This document shows, one piece after another, positions 11,958 through 22,987 of a stretch of DNA of 64,000 nucleotides. A program made the position numbers and the translations under genes. The notes under the pieces are model-generated. The model searched no databases and had not been told where the DNA came from. It was given only the letters and a program-made list of their open reading frames with translations. Position 1 is the first letter of the stretch, and every line of letters begins with the position of its first letter. Origin of the DNA: Massalongia carnosa (lineage: Eukaryota); contig OZ287077.1 of the NCBI GenBank assembly GCA_965645245.1, positions 1,178,001 to 1,242,000 of the forward strand, written 5' to 3'.

Positions 11958-14900
11958 ATGTCATCTGACAGAACCTCCTCGGAGGCTCCAAGCCAGGAAA
12001 ACCCTTCCATGACTTCCCCGACAGCATCCCGAACCCCTCCCCCGCGCTTTGAGTCAATAATCGGGAGAAACGATGAGAATGATTCTGCACCGTTAGGTAC
12101 GGTGCGGCGGAATCGTCCAGCAGCGATCTCCACAAGTACTGGTAATGATGGCATTTTGTCTGCTTATCATCTCCGCCTCCGGATTGAAGTGCAGCGCTAA
12201 TTCCATTTTCGCAAACTAGATTCTGTCGTATCGTACGTATCCTACAACACCGCCGCAGAATCATCATACGAACAACAGAGAACGCCTACACAGGAGGGAG
12301 ATCGGCCACCGCCACGCAGCCCAAGCTCGCCAATCCGACACCAGGTACTTTCTCCGGAACCGATCAACCCTGTTTTGAAGCCGAAGAAGCCTGGAATGAC
12401 ACGGAAACCGTCGTCGACAAAATTTCAGGCTCCTCACAAGGGACAGGAATTCTCAGTAGACGACGACCCTAAAGAGTATGAATCGGATTTTACGCAAAGG
12501 CAATCATCGGTAGCAAAAGTGTCTTCTGGATTCGGGCCCGCTTTGCGAAGAAAATCGTCCACGCTCCGAAGGAGAGCTACTGTTCACCCTACAAGCTTGC
12601 CGCGGGTCGATTCACAGGGCGAAGATGAAATAGAAGCAGAATCAGCTCAACCAACCTCACAGCCGTTAGCAGAGGTTGAAGAGCCGCAAGATATGACAGG
12701 CGAGAACGAAGTGGTTCAAGCAGACGCTGATATCAGCGACGACGTCATAGACGACGATGATGACGGAGATGTTAGCGATGCTGAAAGCTTTACTTTGAGA
12801 GACCGGCAAAAGGCTATCAACGAAACCCATCCTTTCGGTATCCGTATCTGGAAGCCTGCGCTGTATAAGAAAAACAGATCGGTTGAAAAGACCGCAGAAG
12901 GAGATATCCATTCTTCACCCGGAGATAGGGTAAGTCCATGGCTATGGATTTTCAACCTGCTATGGACTGTTATTTTTGGTTGGTGGCTTGCAATAGCTGC
13001 TGCTATGGGAGCTATCACATGCTTCGTCCTTGGCTTCACCCCGGGAGCTATGGAATATGGAAGAGTGCTTTGGGGATTGGCCCGATATCTCTTCTACCCT
13101 TTTGGACAGTTTGTAAAACTCGCGCAGGATGAGGCTTACGCAGAGGAGGATGAGGGCGAAGGGCGAAGCATTACCGAATATGAACAATGGCAGAGTGGCG
13201 ATCTTGAGGACGGTCGCCTTTTCTTCGGCCCTTTAACTTCACGGTCTTTAATTGGACGGCGTAGAGCCAGCATGGACTCGGCGGACGAGAACGACAGCCT
13301 GCTGGGACGAACACGGAGATGTGACCACGACGATAACCAAGGGGCACGAACGAAACGAAGACTTTTTGGTCGTGGGCAATGGACATTTGGCAGAGTTATA
13401 TTTTTCGTGTTCTTCTACTTTCTGATTACTCCTCTACTACTGATCGCCTCGTTGACATGCTGGTTTTGGGTTTTCTGGATTCCAATGGGAAAGGTGACGT
13501 TGCTTTTGTATTACCATCTACGCCGTCACCCCTTGGCAATGTCCTTTCACTCGGATAGTGCCTACTCACGCGGATCATCTTCAGCGTCATCTTCTGTGTT
13601 ACTGTGCACCTATCGGGCTGTTGGTCCGAAGTACTGGAAATACACTATTGACGGAACTAACATATTTCTCATCAACCTGATTGGTGTCGTGCTGTTCGTC
13701 ATCTTCGACTACTGGGTTTTGGGCGTTGCCCTGGGCCTGAAAATTTGGCTTGTCAGCCCAGGGTTCGTGTTTGCTCTTGCGCTCTTCTCGATCATCCCAC
13801 TGGCATATTTCATTGGACAAGCCGTGGCATCGATCTCTGCCCAGTCCTCTATGGGTGTAGGTGCTGCAATCAATGCATTTTTCTCAACGATTGTTGAGGT
13901 CTTCTTGTATTGCGTCGCACTGAGTCAGGGAAAGGGCAAATTGGTTGAGGGGAGTATCATCGGAAGCATATTTGCTGGTATTCTTTTTCTCCCAGGCTTA
14001 TCCATGTGCTTTGGAGCGATCAAGCGCAAGACCCAAAGATTTAATGTCAAATCGGCTGGCGTTACCTCGACCATGCTCTTGTTCTCTGTCATCGCGGCTT
14101 TTGGACCTACCCTATTCTATCAGATATATGGAAGCGTAAGGTCATCCATGAAATTAAGTATCAGGATTGCTAATGCGTCCTCCAGCATGAACTAAACTGC
14201 CATTCATGCATTCTCACCGGCGAAGATGATTCTGAGGGAGATTGTAGGCGATGTTACTTTTCTCAAGTTCCGGCTGTCCACGACCGATTTTTCCTTGAAG
14301 CAGTCCGACCGTATTGTTGGTTTGCGGCAGTTCTGCTGTTTTTGTCGTACGTTATTGGACTGTGGTTTACCCTTCGGACACATGCCGCAGTCATCTGGAA
14401 CACAGAGATAGAGGAAAAGAAGACGCAATCAACACCCCTGCCCCCTCTCCATGCACAGAATGGCACTATATTTAGCCAGCCCGTTCATGGTCTGCACAAC
14501 ATTCCTAAACAGCACAGCAGCAGCGTTGGTGGAGGCTCCGTCGGCCGCCCGGCGATCCGTGACTCCCAGCTTTATAAGCGAATCTTAGGGCAATCCCTGA
14601 AGCAAGCCGGCTTAAGCCACCGTGATTTAGACGAACCAAGACCTTCATCAACGTCCGGCAGCGCTCCCCATGGACAATTACCTCATTCACCCTACATTTT
14701 TCCACCCAAGAGTAGCGGTGGCGATAGTACCGTCGTGCCCGATCATTCCAGCCAGAGAAGCATCCACGTTGCGGGTCTTTCTGAGGAGGACAACAACAAC
14801 CTTGGTTTTCAGGTCACTGAGATAGCGGCCACAGCGGCCGCAGTAGCAGCTAGAGATGCCTCAAGAGCTCCTCGCAAAACGTCAGCCATCTCTCAGATGC

Positions 14901-15819
14901 CTGCTCGATCGCCGGCTCCACATTTTACGCCATATCATGATGACCCGGAAGAAATCCCAGCCGCAGAAGTTGTTGCACACGAAGTCGGAGGGGGTCATGA
15001 TGCGCCCAATTGGAGTAGACTAAAAAGTGCTATCATCCTTTTGGTTGCCACGGTCCTCTACGCCGTTATCGCCGAAATACTTGTAAATACAGTGGACGTG
15101 GTACTTGAAAGTGTGGATATTGACGAAAAGTTCTTGGGAATTACTCTGTTTGCGCTTGTGCCGAATACCACCGAGTTCCTAGTAAGATCTACAGAGCTAA
15201 CAAGTGGATACAAAACTGATATGGATGCTGCAGAACGCCATCTCTTTTGCGATGAATGGGAATATAGCACTATCTATGGAAATCGGGTCGGCCTACGCCT
15301 TACAGGTGTGCATGCTTCAAATTCCAGCGCTCGTTTTATTCAGCGCTGTGCATGGGCAGTATCTCGATCCTCAAGATCTATTAGATCATACCTTCAAGTA
15401 AGCTACCTCAACTGATACTCCAAGACTTATGCTAACCGGATCGTGCAGTCTTATCTTCCCACAATGGGATATGGTAGGTTTTGTCACATGTCGGTCATGA
15501 TGTCTGGCGTGGCTTACAGTTGCAGGTTACGGTTATCCTTTGCGTATTTCTCCTCAGTTACATGTACGGAGAGGGAAAGGTCAGAGAGTCACACGTCTAC
15601 ATCTTTAGTCACCACCGACGCTAACCCTTCCACTTACAGAGCAATTATTTCAAAGGTAGCATTCTCGTGCTCACCTATCTAGTCATTGTTATGGGGTTCT
15701 ATCTGTCAGGGTTTTCATCGGACGCGGAGCTTATGGGGATCGATCGATTCGATACTCTTGCGATTGGACGTGAAAGTTTCCGAACAGCTGGGAGGGGTAG
15801 AAGTGGGAGGGCATATTGA
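11958..15819 (+). CDS. VNX1: Vnx1-type cation/H+ (Ca2+/H+) exchanger, multi-exon
   Basis: AINETHPFGIRIWKPALYKK, IIPLAYFIGQAVASISAQSSMG, GITLFALVPNTTEFL/NAISFAMNGNIALSMEIGS; small 3' exons ending ..GRSGRAY*. Confidence 0.9.
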
Positions 15820-16184
15820 TTCTCCTGATTTCATTCTTCTTTATGTTCATTAGCGAGGCGTTGGAGAGGGCGGAGGAGCAGATACAGCATTGCGGAAGGC
15901 TCAGGAAGGACGTCTGTTTGGGAGGCATGGATGATCTTTATATCCACAGAATCATATTCACTGCCGGGAATGCATGAGGGGTACTCTTCTCGTATACTGT
16001 AGTTCTCTGTCTTTCAAGAGGGAGATATGCCTGCATATGTAGATGCTCTGCGCATGCTTTGTTGCCTGACTCGCAGGTATCACGTGACTTGCTCCGTCAA
16101 AGAGGTGTAGCGTAAATCAGGCTCGCACCACTATCTATTACGAACCCACCAAACTCTCTCCACCCCTACCTATCCTTTCCGACA

Positions 16185-16630
16185 ATGCCAACCTTCCAAG
16201 CCAAAAAGTTTCGTTCTTCTTCCTACCAAAACACCATCGGCGCAGCCTACCGCCGTGCCCTCAAACGTCACCCCTTCGCCCTCTTCGGCCTTCCCTTCAT
16301 CGCCACCATGGTCGCCGGCTCCTTCTTTCTCACCCCCGCTACAGCCCTGCGCTACGAGCGGCACGACCGGAAAGTTCGGCAGATGAGCAAGGAGGAGGAG
16401 CTGGGGATTGGAAAGGATCGCCGGAAGGTGGACATCAATGAGGAGTATTACCGGCTGGCTACTAAGGTGGGTCATTGTTTTCTTTTTTTCTTTCCTCAGT
16501 CCAGAGGAGGGGGTTGCTGCGGGGGGAACGTTTCACGGTAAGATGGAAGGCTGATTGTGAGTAGGATTTGGATAACTGGGAGAATAAAAGGGTGGAAAGA
16601 TTCGAGGGGGAGCACGATGGGATTCTGTGA
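16185..16630 (+). CDS. COX16: cytochrome c oxidase assembly protein Cox16 (2 exons)
   Basis: HPFALFGLPFIATMVAGSFFL, EEYYRL, second exon DLDNWENKRVERFEGEHDGIL*. Confidence 0.93.
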
Positions 16631-17321
16631 TATGCAATGGCTGCTTCTGGATGAACATGCGATACCATGTCATACTCAAACGCAGGCGTCATTTACTCGC
16701 AGCACACGGGCAGCTCATTTTACCTGCTCTCTGGTGGGCTGTCTCTTAGAGCGACCCCTTATCCATTGGAAGTAACCCAGAGCATCTACGGCCACGCCAA
16801 AAATAAACATCATCCATGACAAGAGCCTGCCATCGGTAGATTCAGATCATGCAAACCGCAATTCGAAGCTATTTCCAACGATAATGAGGCTGGCCGGTCT
16901 GCTCGAAACCTGCGCCGAAGTTTCGTGGAAGCCAAGAGAGCTTCGCAGTATCTTTTGTTCAGGGATCTAGGCTGCTCTCCAACTGTATCGTCCATCATCC
17001 AGAAAAATACATATACATCACGTGGAGGAGGGCTGTAGCGAAGCCAGCTATAACCCTATACAGTCATTGCCAAAAGGCATACTTTCTGTTTACGAGGGCT
17101 ACGAGGCTTCCATGATAGGCAAACCTCAATATACTTAGCGCAACGATTCTAACGCAAGAGCTGACACTTGAGCTGTGGGGTTCACAAATTTACTTCCGGC
17201 TAGAGGACCCTGACAATGGAAGGTATGATATGGTGCTGTGAAGCACGGTCACAAAAACATTTCGTTCGTTCCCCATCCCCCCAATGCAGTCCGGCAAATT
17301 CATACACTCTATCTATCATAT

Positions 17322-17662
17322 AGCCAGCCTACAGGATTCAGGTTGGCGAAAAAATGGCACCGCCGGTCCAAGGGTCTTACATATGTACTTTACATACATA
17401 GAACGTTTCCTAAGCCTCCTCGCGGGTGTCGTGGACGACGAGCAGAATTGGAGAAGCGATCGAAGCGCTCACCCACAGCCCCTTCCTTGCTCGAGAGAAA
17501 ACGAGCGAACAGCCCCGCCAATAAGTGAATAATTCCAGAGGTCTGGTTTGATCAGTCAATGGTGTTTCCCCTTCGCGGGCGGTAGTATCCATCCAAGAAA
17601 GCAATCAGTGAAAGCCTCCTTCGTAGGCGAGGGTTACGGCACGTACCGCGTCTCTGAACAAG
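17322..17662 (-). ncRNA. candidate spliced, structured small RNA with an Sm-like site
   Basis: Upstream TATATAA, GTACGT..ACTGAT..CAG intron (17646-17543), several hairpins, AUUUUUUC plus a terminal stem-loop, no credible ORF. Confidence 0.4.
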
Positions 17663-17691
17663 CGGGGGGTTGGGCCGGGGGCGGGGGTTGT

Positions 17692-17700
17692 TATTATATA
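17692..17700 (-). promoter_or_regulatory. putative TATA box
   Basis: TATATAATA on the minus strand within C-rich sequence, about 35-45 nt upstream of the candidate RNA. Confidence 0.4.
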
Positions 17701-18952
17701 CGCAGTAAGCGCGGGGAGGTGTTTTGGGGCGATTTTTAGGTTCGCAGTTTCCTTAGTTGGTTGATGGGAGACGTTCAGGCTGAGTTGGGGCGGTGAATAG
17801 TTTCTCAGGAAGCTTGGCCCCCATCTCTCTAATTAGGTATTTATTATTACGTACCTATCTATACATACATACGTACCCTTCCTCCATCATTCCCTTTTAC
17901 ATAAAAAAACCCCATCTCTGTAATGATCCACCCATTCATCCATTCATCCATTCTTTACTATTCCTACTATCCTACTATCTATACCTTTTTCTTTAAAAAA
18001 GTAAAACCAAACGTCTAATCAACCCCCCCCTTCTCCGTCTCTCACTGTATCTGTAAACGTGCGTATATGTATACCCAAAATCTTCATATTCCTCCCTCCC
18101 CCTCCCCCCTCATTTTTCTTCTTCTTCTTTCCGTTATCATGAATCCGAAAGTACAGACCTACACACATACATACCTAACTTTACAGATAGGGTAGCTAGG
18201 TGGGGATTTTCTTTTTAAAAAAAAAAAAAAAAACCTAGGGTAAGGTATGTGGATCGGCCTTCCTCTGTTCTGTTCCTTTCCTTACTCGCTTTCTCTTTTC
18301 CTCTCGCTTGCTTGCTAACTTGCTAACTTGCATATAGATCGTAGACTGTAGACCGTAGACCATAGACCTATCTACTACCACCACCACTACAACACCCTTA
18401 TCCCTACCCCTATCCCTTATCCCCCTAAACAGAGGGCTCACACCTGGAGGAAAAGGCAACTGTTCAAAGCCCCCTCACGTTAGCAGGAAATGGAGCGGAT
18501 ACACATCTCTCTCCTCCATCCGTATCCTATCAAGAATCGCCCCTTTCTAAACCAACCAAAAGAAAAGAAAAAAAAATTAGAGCACAGCTAAACCCCCTCC
18601 CCCCTTTCCCAAACCCTCCCTTCGCAGCGCAATGCAGGAGATCGCCATGCAGAGAGAATGTGCTACACCTTTCGAAACTGATATTTCGTATTTTCTATTC
18701 ATCTTCGTTTCGCAACGACCCCTCCGCCAATCCCATCCCCTTAGGACTCCATGCAGGAAACGCGAAAACAAGCTAAGGTCTACTGATGAAAAAACACAGA
18801 AGACGGGACAAGCCCGTACATGACCACGCGCGCACCAAAGGGGGGGAAATAGAGGCACTCATGAAATAGGTTCAATTTTTTTCATAATGGTATTCAATTT
18901 CCATTGAAAAGCTACGGCTGGCAAGAGAAACGGTTCATCCTGGCCGGCGTTT

Positions 18953-21900
18953 TTAGTGTGCGTTGCCATTCGCTTGCCCAGCTGCCGTTGCGGCTGCCAG
19001 GTTTAGGACGTCGGCTTGCATAATGACTTCCTGGACCACGCGCTGCTCATCAGGATTAAGAATCTTGGTGAGGGTTTCGTATAGCTGGGGCTGCTCTTGT
19101 TGCATTTCTATTGAAGGAGACATAGCGTTAGCTGATATTTTATACGAGCAATAAGTATCATCCGCCGCCAAGCGGCCACTCCGGGAAAGGTGTCTGACTT
19201 AATAAAGTATTTTTGAACAGGCCATATGGTTCAACTCGGTCGAGTGGAGTCTCGAGTAAGCCTTCTTCTTCCAACTCGTCGTCATCGCTTCCGCTAGCAC
19301 CAAACTTCTGAGCCTAACGATAAAGTAAGCCCAGCGAGACCGACTATTTCCCCTCACCTGGGGCTTACCTCTTCGTTAAGGAATTCTAAGTATGCCGCAC
19401 TCTCGTCTTTTACATCGCCCTCTCCATCATCTCCATCGTTAGCCCAGGTTGCATCGCCGTCCCATTCCTCCTGCCCCTCGTCGTCGTCGTCATCATCACC
19501 ATCTTCATCATTAAGGGTAAAATCTCCCTCTTTCGTGACTTCCTCCCGGTCTAGGCTGCGTAAGCACTTTATTTACACTTGCTTTAGACCGACCAACTCA
19601 CTCTTCAATGCAGCAGGCAATGTTTGAAACAACCGAACAATGCCTTGAAGCAGCCTTGGCCATCCTTGCTGAACACTACTTGGGACATCCTCAGCTCGCA
19701 GCGTCAACAACGAGCTTATGGCCACAATAGAAAGCTTCTTATCATGCACCCTCGAGAAGCTTTCAATATTCGAAAACCAGGAGCTGAAGAATTTGTTGGT
19801 CCACCCATTAGATTCGAGAACACGGAGGGTTAGTATAGGATTATAATAGATGGCGTTTATTACCATTTCCATCAGATAGATCCGATAGGATTTCACATTG
19901 AGCTCGTTGCCAGAAAGGGCTGTCATTGCAATTTTCACAAAGTCAGGGATGTATTGGTTAACATGTCCTCGAAGGTTGAGCATAACAGACTCCGCGAGCT
20001 TGCAGCCACAGATCCGATCCATGCCTCCAACTTTGTCATCATGAAAAATATCAGAAACCATGCTGACGAGCGCTTGAATGTACGCAGGAGTCTGTATCAT
20101 CATTTCCGCGCCATAAGATACGAAGTTGTCTAACGCAGGGAGCATATCTTTAAACTTGCTCAGCCAATCTTCTCTCCAAGGATGGACTTCGGGGAGATTT
20201 TCTGGAAACTTAAATGGTCTTAGAACAGGACGATTTTAACTTACCTTCTAAGTACAGCTGTGCACCGGCCTTGAACGTTTTGTGCATTAACTCAAATGCC
20301 TGCCACATTGTCGGAGAGACTGATTTGGCAGAGAAAGTACAGCTGTCAATGATTTCGAAAACCTCGTTGAAGAGATCTAATGCTGTCAGAGAAGCAAAGT
20401 AGATAATTTGCAGCTTCTTACCATAAAGTTTGTTTTCCAAAGTAATAGATACAACTGGCATCAGAATCGTTTCAAGATGCATTAGTACGTCTGGTGTGGC
20501 CTCGAGGGTCAAAATCAATGTTCCAATGGTCTGTAACACCCCGAGTGCTGTTATACTCTTATCATCTAGAAAGTCTCCATAGGTTTCTTCCTCGTCTTTG
20601 GAGTTATGCCGTTCCAGCAATTCACGTACTATCCGAAGGTATGTATCCCGGAGTTGCTCACTCAAGGCCACCGCAAAAGGGGTGAGTTCAGCAGCAAATT
20701 CCTCCACGAAGTCCTCCATAACATTGGCTAAAGCGTCTACATCTACTTCATTGGCTAGTTTGAGTAACTGCTGCATAATTTGTCCAATGTTCTGCTGCAT
20801 AGATGCGCGAATCACGTCATGCCGAATCAGAGGCTGGAGCGCAAGGGCTGCCTCTACACGCACAGGGAGCTCAGGGTCTGCCATTGATTCGAGAATATTG
20901 CGATATATGATGAGGAGATTGCTGGGGTCTTTGAACTCTAGCTGCTCAAATTTTCCCAGCGTATCGCAAGCCCGGGCCCGCAGAAAACCATGCGGACTTC
21001 GAAACTCAGGAAAGACATGTCGAACGAAGAAGTACTCCACTTGATCCGCAATAGGGCTCTTCTTGCCAAGTATGACAGTAGCCAAAGTTCCGATCATTCG
21101 TAATGCCCCTTCTTTTTCTCGCGCATCTTTCTGGTCATCCGGTGCCAACTCGTATTTGTTGACAATACCATTCACAAAGTTCAGTATTGTAAAGGTCTGC
21201 TTTTTACGGCTTTTTGTTAATGAGACCAGAAAGTTGGTGGCTGCAACATCGGGTGCCGTAACTTCTTCATAAAAGTTCAGCTTGCGGTGCAGATACTCTG
21301 GCGGGTCTGAGTCGAATAGCTCGATATCTTCGTCAGACTGGCACAGTATGGGGAAAAGAACGTGAGAGATGAGACTGTCCATATGCGGTTTAAGGTGATT
21401 CCACATGGATTTTGGCTTGACGCATTCATCGAGGAAACTCAGCGTGTAGCTAAGCGAAGGCTTGCTGAGCCATATTGTTCTTGATGCCCATTTGTCAATT
21501 CTCTGGAGGTAACCTTTGAGGATTTCAGGAGCAAAGTGCGTGATGAAGGATTTGGAGAACTCCATGAGATCTGTGGAGCTGTTCTTTGAGTTCGTACCTG
21601 GGTTTCCGTACCTATGGCAAGGTTAAACTTAGCACGTTGCGTAGACATTTAAGTTCTAGACGAGTATGCATACCGCACAAACAGCCGATTGAGATTCGCA
21701 TAAGCCCACTTTTTCCCCTTCCACCAATGATTTCTTTCTCGTTCGTCAAGATCCTCGTCAAGAACATTCGCGGGCGCTTCCTTTCCAACAATCGTCAGGA
21801 ACAACGTACACCAGCCCACCATGTTGTCGTGACTCATCAAGTGAGGAGGAAGCTCAAACTGCCAGAGTCAGCCCTCTGTTTCTGTGTAAACTATAAGGGC

Positions 21901-22650
21901 GAGACCAACGTATATCGCATGCTTGTAAGCCTTCAACAGGATTCGTAGCATTTCCCACGCCTCCAGGCTCGTCTCGTCCACTAGCCGTGTTCCAATACCA
22001 AGAAGCTGAGGGAACGACGCTTGCACAATTTGATTGAAGTCCCCTCGATTATCCCCACCCTTGAAGCGGTAGACCCGACATATCGCTAGCATACAATTTA
22101 GCCCGGCGAACACGGAGCTCGCATCATTCGTGTTTAGCAGCTGCACCGTGATGTCCATAAAATCGGGCCATTTCGCAGGGAAATCAGACTGCAGTATTTT
22201 TTGTAGAATTGGTATGAGTTGAGACCTGACCTGTGGTGGTGATGAGGCTAAGATCGGTAGCAGACGGTTGCGGAAGTTGAGCTTCTCCTCATCCGGTATC
22301 TGCTTGTTGTGGGGGAATTCTTCTCCTGGTGCCCATCCTCTTGTAACGCGGTTCTTGAGATACACCACGGCTACCAAATTATCAGCGCTTGATCAAGGAA
22401 CCAGCTGTCGGAAAACCGTACTCGAAAGCCGAACACCACTGTCTTGTTCGGCCTGAAGAATGTCTAAGAGGGCGTTGGTGAAACCTGGCTGATCTTCTGC
22501 CTTTGCGGTGAGACGTCAGCCAAGCTCTTGTGAGTACGAGATGAACAGCATGTAGCGTACATATTTTAACTCAAGCTCAGCTTGCCTTCTTGTGTCAGCG
22601 TTCGGGTCAAGCGTCGATTGAATTCGATTTCGAAGACCCCCAACATCCAT
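18953..22650 (-). CDS. NMD5: importin-7/8-like karyopherin Nmd5, multi-exon
   Basis: IBN_N region (VYLKNRVTRGW), HWWKGKKWAYANLNRLF, FLRARAC, VRVEAALAL, RVHDKKLSI, acidic C-terminal region. Confidence 0.93.
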
Positions 22651-22987
22651 GGCGAGCGAGCAAAGGCGCTGTGCGCCACCGTTGTCTTTGAAACCTCAAG
22701 AAATAGATGCTATTCTAAACTTGAAAAATATCTATACTTCAGAGAGAACCCACGAATCGGAAGGCGTTGGCTTAGGTTCGGAAGTGAATCTCGAGTTTTG
22801 AGGGGTCCGATACATAAGGTATGTTTATACTTAGGTTCGAGTCCTAATAAATAACAAATCCTCACTAGATAAACTATCCAAAATGAAAAACATCAATGCT
22901 GAAGTTCCGGTAGGTAAATATTTTGTACCTAGATACTCACCCTCGTACCCCGAGATACGTAGGTAATTTATTGTACTACTCAGATGA

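Noticed and set aside
17030..17060. TAACCCTA on the plus strand as a telomerase template, with AATTTTTTTC-ATAATG at about 18874-18889 as a 3' end
   Set aside because: The motif would be buried in a local hairpin (GGGCTGTAGC/GCTATAACCC). No pseudoknot or plus-strand P6.1 was found, and ATAATG is not the AUAAGU site.
17451..17460. ATCGCTTCTC on the minus strand matches the metazoan U2 5' end
   Set aside because: No GCCUUUUGG stem or GUGUAGUA branch-pairing sequence follows
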